Shown: positions 59,156 to 64,000 of the stretch, piece after piece
Numbering within the stretch: the first letter of the stretch is position 1
How the letters are laid out: each line of letters begins with the position of its first letter
DNA from: a candidate division FCPU426 bacterium
Lineage (GTDB): Bacteria; Oederibacteriota; Muellerivitia; Muellerivitales; Muellerivitaceae
Direction of reading: 5' to 3'
Assembly (NCBI GenBank): GCA_963738405.1
Contig: CAVTWJ010000009.1
Span: 310,580 to 374,579 of the forward strand
Length of the DNA stretch: 64,000 nt
The notes under the pieces: generated by a model
What the model was told of the DNA's origin: nothing
The model's database searches: none
What the model saw: the letters and a program-made list of their open reading frames with translations, nothing else
Translations under genes and position numbers: made by a program

Positions 59156-60687
59156 TTCAGGCGGTACACATAGTTGAGGGTGGCCCCTTCGCGGTTGACT
59201 TCAGTTAGCGATTTGAAGGGAATGACGATCTTTTGCTTGTCGTCCCTGCTAGTGGAAATGTAATAATCCGCCTTGGATAGGTTATCGGTCCATTTCAGGT
59301 TGGGTGGAAAATAGCAAAAGACCTGGTAAGGATTGCCGCTGGAGTTGATGAGGTATTCCTTGCTTGGGTTCTTGGATGTTTCCGCGGTTACCAGCGCTAC
59401 CCCTTCTTTAAAGCTGGCTCCCCAGTAGTCGTTGTCGAATTTCCCCACCGAACCCGAAAGCCCGCCCGTTAATTCATTGAAATAAACATATTCGTAAGGG
59501 TGGAGGCGGATCAGATGCACTCCCACGGCCGCCATGTTGACCCAAACCAAAGCGGCTAAAACATACCCGAACTTAGGTTTGAAGGGATTTGCGATCCAGT
59601 CGATGGCCGCTAGAGAAGCCAAGAGCACGATGATGGGAAGCAAAAATAAGAAATGGCGGAGGCCGTCGTAAAGTACCGGCTTGAGAATTAAATAAAGGCC
59701 GAGGTTGAGGCCGAGGGCGGTGATCCCAAGGATCCAAGCCTCGTTTTTGAGGAACCTGGGAGTTTTCCAAAGCGAAAGTCCGAGAAGGAAAATGAGAAAA
59801 AGGGGCGTGGTAACCGCCAGCCAAACGGGCAGGTAAGTCCAAGGCAGGGCGGTGCTGTTGATTTCCTGTCCCATGAATAAAACGTTATTTTTCCATGTGA
59901 ATTCCGAGGCCATGTGAAGCAACCCGATCAGGTGGTTAAAAAGGTTAGCACCCAAATAGGGCCAAGTGGCCGCCATGAGGAGGCAGGAAGTCATAAAGGC
60001 CAGTGCCAAAGTTCCTAAAGATTCCTTCAATTTTGCGAACCATCCCCAAAGGGAAGCTTTTCCGGAAAGGAAGTAAAAATAGGAATCAAAAATCAGGTAA
60101 ATTCCGAACAGGGTAAAGCCCAGCATACGGCTGGTTTGGGCCAAGCCGAAGAGGATTCCCAACCCCAAGGCCTTAGCAAGGGGGTGGGTTTGGGGCCTGC
60201 GGTGGAAATAGCTGATGCCGCAAAGGCCTAGAAAATAAAAAACGGCGAAAGGCATATCTTTAGGGTTGGCGGGGATATCTCCCATGAAACGGGGGCAAAG
60301 GAACAAAAAGACCGGGCCCAGGAGGATTGACCATGGTTTTCCAGTCAGGGAGAGCAGCCATTCGTAAAGCGTGATGAAAAGAAACAGGGCGAAAAGCATG
60401 TTCAATCGGTGGTTGTTTTCAAGCGATTGGGAAGGGTTCAAGAGGTTTAGAACCATTCCGTACAAGTGGCCGTAAAACTCCTGGTCGTCCTTAGGGGAAG
60501 GGATCATGAAGCCGGTAAAGTCGTCATGAACCAAGTAATGGTCTAGGCCCACTCCCCTGGCGTAAACCCCTGATTCGTCAAAGGTCATCCCATAGTCGGA
60601 GAAGGTGAGGAAAACCCAGGAGAGATAAAGGGCGAGGAAGAGCAAAAGCGGCAGGCGGCGGCGCAGGGCGGGGGAAAAGGAATTCAG
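59152..60687 (-). CDS. GT-C glycosyltransferase, tandem paralog, probable CTG start
   Basis: Same motifs as its neighbour. Homology extends 5' of TTG 60645; GGAG-6 nt-CTG at 60687. Confidence 0.72.
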   Translation of the reverse strand: MNSFSPALRRRLPLLLFLALYLSWVFLTFSDYGMTFDESGVYARGVGLDHYLVHDDFTGFMIPSPKDDQEFYGHLYGMVLNLLNPSQSLENNHRLNMLFALFLFITLYEWLLSLTGKPWSILLGPVFLFLCPRFMGDIPANPKDMPFAVFYFLGLCGISYFHRRPQTHPLAKALGLGILFGLAQTSRMLGFTLFGIYLIFDSYFYFLSGKASLWGWFAKLKESLGTLALAFMTSCLLMAATWPYLGANLFNHLIGLLHMASEFTWKNNVLFMGQEINSTALPWTYLPVWLAVTTPLFLIFLLGLSLWKTPRFLKNEAWILGITALGLNLGLYLILKPVLYDGLRHFLFLLPIIVLLASLAAIDWIANPFKPKFGYVLAALVWVNMAAVGVHLIRLHPYEYVYFNELTGGLSGSVGKFDNDYWGASFKEGVALVTAETSKNPSKEYLINSSGNPYQVFCYFPPNLKWTDNLSKADYYISTSRDDKQKIVIPFKSLTEVNREGATLNYVYRLK

Positions 60688-60741
60688 GGTCTGCTCCAGA
60701 TGCTTGGAATGCCTCGATTATAACCAAGAATGGCCCTAAAC

Positions 60742-60772
60742 AAAAAAGGCCCCGGGGTTTCCGGGGCCTTTT
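60742..60772 (-). terminator. terminator after the RND gene
   Basis: AAAGGCCCCGG/CCGGGGCCTTT stem with a T-tract on the minus strand. Confidence 0.8.
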
Positions 60773-60784
60773 CCATTGCGTAGC

Positions 60785-63700
60785 TTATTTTTTCTTAGGC
60801 TTTTTCGAGGGAGCGGGTTTTGCGACTTTAGGAACGTGAACATGGTCCCCTTGTCCGATGCCCTTGGCATGGTGCGCCTTGCGGCGTTCCAAGTTTGAAA
60901 AGAGGCTATAGGCGCAGGGCACTACCACCAGGGTCAGGAGGGTTGAGAAGATGATGCCCCCGATGATGGCAATGGCCATGGGCTGGCGCAACTCAGCTCC
61001 GGGACCGAAGGCTAGGGCGGCAGGAAGGGCGCCGGCCACCGTGGCGGAGGAAGTCATCAAGATAGGCCTTAAGCGCACAGGGCAGGCGTCCAAGAGGGCA
61101 TCATGAACCCCCATGCCCGCGTGACGGCGCTGGTTGGTGAAGTCCACCAGCATGATGGAATTTTTCTTCACCAACCCCATCAAGAGAATGATACCGATAA
61201 AGCTATACATGCCCAACGATTGGCCCATCAGCCAGAGGGAGAAAAAGGCCCCCGTCACCGAGAAGGGCAGAGCCAGAAGGATGACGATGGGGTGAACAAA
61301 ACTGTTGAACTGGCTGGCCAAAACCATGTAGGCCACCAGAATCCCCAGGGACATGACAAAGAGCAGTTGCTTGGAGGAATCGGCATTGGCCTGGGCGGAG
61401 CCCGTCAGATGGACGTTGTAACCGTCCGGCAGAATGCTCTTGCAGATATCGACAGCTTCCTTCACGGCCTCCTGCTGGGAAGCCCCGTTCCCCGCACCGG
61501 CGGTGAAATAAACGGCCCTTTGCCGGTTGTCGCGGAAGATCTGTTGATAGGCGGACACCTGCTGGAGGGTGGCCACGGAAGAAATAGGCAAAACCTCCCC
61601 GCGGTTATTGCGGACGTAGATGGACTTGATCGCATCAGGCCCCTGGCGTTCGTCCACGGGAACCCGGATAGCGATGGGGTTGTCATGGCCCCCCTCGTGG
61701 AAATAGGTCCCCTGGAATTGGTAGCCGCCGATGGTGGCGCCGATCACGTTGCCTAGGTCATCCATGTTGACACCCATCAGGGCCGCCTTTACTCGGTCGG
61801 GAATGACCCGGATCTCGGACTGGCCGTCCAAAAAGTTATCGTTCACGTTGGCCAGCTTGGGGCTGGCCTTGAATGCCACTCGGATTTTTTTCACGCAATC
61901 GGCAAGGGTGTCCCAATCGGGCCCGGTCACCATCAGCTCCACCGCGTAACCTTGGCCGGTCGACATGCCCCGTTGGGAAAGGTCCAATGAGAAAACCTGC
62001 AGGTCGGGCGAAACCTTGGCCAGAGTTTTGTTGGTCCAGGACATGAATTCAAATTCGCTCAAGGGCGGAGGGCTTATCTTTCGCCACATGGTTTCAAGGA
62101 AGCCCAAGGGGCCAACGGGAGGGAACTTGAAGGAAGGGTCGCCCTGGGGCCGGTCTTTCAGGTCTTTCATGGTGAGAAATATGATGCCTTGGTTGGGGGT
62201 GGTGCCGCTGAACCCGCCCACGGCGGCGTAGACGTGCTTGACCTCGCCCCTCTTTCGCATAATCTCTTCGCATTGACGCACGATCTGGTCGGTATGGCTC
62301 AAGGAATAGGTTACCGGCAGTTTCATGTTGATGATGAAGGCGCTTTGGTCTGTTGAGGGGCTGAAATTGACCTTGATGAATTTCAACATGGCAAAGGAAC
62401 CAAGGAAGATGAAGAAGGAGGCTATCACCACCTTCCAGCGGTTTCCCAAAGACCATTCAAGTACTTTTGAATAAAAAGCCCTCAATAGGTCGAACTGGTG
62501 GTTGATAAAACGGTTGAACCAACCGGTTTCGTCCGCCGCGTGCACGAATTCACTGCATCGCATGGGGGTCAGGGTGATGGCTTCCAGAAGGGAAATTAAA
62601 ACCGCTCCGGACAAGGTGACCCCGAATTGGTAAAAGAACTTGCCGATGATTCCCTGCATGAAGGCGATGGGCAAAAAGATGGCCACGATGGCAATCGATG
62701 TGGCCATGGCGGCGAAGGTGATTTCCCGGGCGCCCACGAGAGCCGCTTCCACCTGGTCTTCGCCCTTTTCCTGATGCCGGACGATGTTTTCGAGCACCAT
62801 GATGGCGTCATCCACTACGACCCCGATGGAAAGGGAAAGGGCCAACAATGTGAAGGTATTCAGGTTGAACCCGAAGAAGCTCATGACGATGAAGGTGCCG
62901 AAGAGTGAGGTGGGGATGGCCAAAAAGACGTTGATGGTGGAGGACAAGCTTCCCAAAAAGAGGAAACAAACTCCCGCCGTCAGGAATGTCGCGATGAGGA
63001 TGGTGAGTTCCAGCTCATTCACGTTGTCCTTGATGAACTTGGTGGTGTCGAAGTTCAAGTCGATGTGATAGCCCTTGGGCAGGCTCTTACGAACCTCCTC
63101 CATCCTTGCTTTGGCGGCGGTTCCCACTTCCACTGCATTGAAGCCGTCCTGCATGACAATCCCTAATCCCAAAGCCGGAAGGCCGTCAAACCGGGAAAGA
63201 CGGACCACAGGGGTCACTACGCCGTCCTCGATGGTGGCGACATCCTTCAAGCGTGTGAGGGTGTAGTTAGGAGAGCCGCCGCGAGTCAGGATGGGCAGGT
63301 TGGCGAAATCGGGCACCGTGTAGGCCTCGCCCATGACCCGGATGGAATATTGGGTGTCGGGGGTTTCCATGGAACCGGCCGGGGTTTCCTGGTGCTGGTG
63401 CTGGATGGTGCTGATGATATCGCTGGCCGTCAATTGCCGGGCGTTGAGCTTGTTGTTGTCGATCCAGAGGTTGATTTCCCGATTCAAAAAACCACCAAGG
63501 AAGACATTGGATACGCCGTTCAGGCTGGTGAACTTGTCCTGAATGTGGTCACGGCTGTAAAGCATCATGTCGCGGAGGGTCAAGGGCGGGTCGGCTGTCA
63601 CGGCAAACCATAAAATGGGGGAGGCGTTGGGGTTTTGTTTGCGGATGACCGGTGGAAAGATATTGGTGGGGAGCTGCTTTTGTGCCTGGAAGACCAGGGT

Positions 63701-64000
63701 TTGCACATCCTGCACGGCCGAATCCACATTGCGGCTTAAATCGAGATATACCGTGGTATTGGCGTTGCCCTGGGTACAGGTGGTCTGCACGTCCACCACG
63801 CCCTGGGCGCCCAAGACCGCTTGCTCGATGGGATCTGCCACGTCCGACTCGACGACCTCGGGAGAGGCGTTGGGGAGGGTGATGGAGACGTTCACCACGG
63901 GGAAGTCCACGTCCGGAAGGTTGGAAACGCCCATACGCATGAAGCAGATGAAGCCGAAGACGATGAAGGCCGCCATCATCATCCAAGCGAACACCGGGTT
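60785..64000 (-). CDS. RND efflux permease (AcrB/MdtB-C-like), start outside the window
   Basis: P.VD.PVV, IGVVVDDAI.VLENI, GLVKKNSIM.VDF, RLRPILMT. Confidence 0.93.
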   Translation of the reverse strand, partial: NPVFAWMMMAAFIVFGFICFMRMGVSNLPDVDFPVVNVSITLPNASPEVVESDVADPIEQAVLGAQGVVDVQTTCTQGNANTTVYLDLSRNVDSAVQDVQTLVFQAQKQLPTNIFPPVIRKQNPNASPILWFAVTADPPLTLRDMMLYSRDHIQDKFTSLNGVSNVFLGGFLNREINLWIDNNKLNARQLTASDIISTIQHQHQETPAGSMETPDTQYSIRVMGEAYTVPDFANLPILTRGGSPNYTLTRLKDVATIEDGVVTPVVRLSRFDGLPALGLGIVMQDGFNAVEVGTAAKARMEEVRKSLPKGYHIDLNFDTTKFIKDNVNELELTILIATFLTAGVCFLFLGSLSSTINVFLAIPTSLFGTFIVMSFFGFNLNTFTLLALSLSIGVVVDDAIMVLENIVRHQEKGEDQVEAALVGAREITFAAMATSIAIVAIFLPIAFMQGIIGKFFYQFGVTLSGAVLISLLEAITLTPMRCSEFVHAADETGWFNRFINHQFDLLRAFYSKVLEWSLGNRWKVVIASFFIFLGSFAMLKFIKVNFSPSTDQSAFIINMKLPVTYSLSHTDQIVRQCEEIMRKRGEVKHVYAAVGGFSGTTPNQGIIFLTMKDLKDRPQGDPSFKFPPVGPLGFLETMWRKISPPPLSEFEFMSWTNKTLAKVSPDLQVFSLDLSQRGMSTGQGYAVELMVTGPDWDTLADCVKKIRVAFKASPKLANVNDNFLDGQSEIRVIPDRVKAALMGVNMDDLGNVIGATIGGYQFQGTYFHEGGHDNPIAIRVPVDERQGPDAIKSIYVRNNRGEVLPISSVATLQQVSAYQQIFRDNRQRAVYFTAGAGNGASQQEAVKEAVDICKSILPDGYNVHLTGSAQANADSSKQLLFVMSLGILVAYMVLASQFNSFVHPIVILLALPFSVTGAFFSLWLMGQSLGMYSFIGIILLMGLVKKNSIMLVDFTNQRRHAGMGVHDALLDACPVRLRPILMTSSATVAGALPAALAFGPGAELRQPMAIAIIGGIIFSTLLTLVVVPCAYSLFSNLERRKAHHAKGIGQGDHVHVPKVAKPAPSKKPKKK

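Overview
This is a chromosomal window from a moderately GC-rich bacterium that appears to be diderm (outer-membrane beta-barrels, a LolA-like protein, an RND pump) yet carries a Firmicutes-style polC-rimP-nusA-infB-rbfA-nrnA-truB-ribF-rpsO-pnp cluster (1.2-15.3 kb). Next come a TPR/sigma54-activator module, wecA-like and flavoenzyme genes, TPR-ispE and tRNA-Gln(TTG). A ~28 kb accessory stretch follows (two YciI/ECF42 sigma clusters, a K+ channel, PilZ, marR-emrAB, soxR, a five-gene ABC/LolA-like/beta-barrel operon, Fe-SOD, pilD, GT-C glycosyltransferases), then glmU-prs-rplY-pth, two more GT-C genes and a partial RND gene. The best candidate for an undescribed system is at 15.4-18.0 kb. A small membrane protein and a receiver-less Zn-ribbon/TPR sigma54 activator are followed by two TGTAA-N7-TTAC boxes, a near-consensus -24/-12 promoter and an unannotated ~89-nt RNA with a GAAA hairpin, an exposed anti-Shine-Dalgarno CACCUCCU and a terminator; a third box lies upstream of the activator operon. 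Other highlights: a PolC lacking its inserted proofreading exonuclease, six ECF42-type promoters whose -35 variants sort by sigma paralog, a stand-alone 13-aa lysine-rich micropeptide gene, a K+ channel with a TVGYHD filter, stacked SoxR and ECF42 promoters on the ABC operon, and a probable CTG start codon. All calls were made by eye from the sequence and ORF track; no searches were run.
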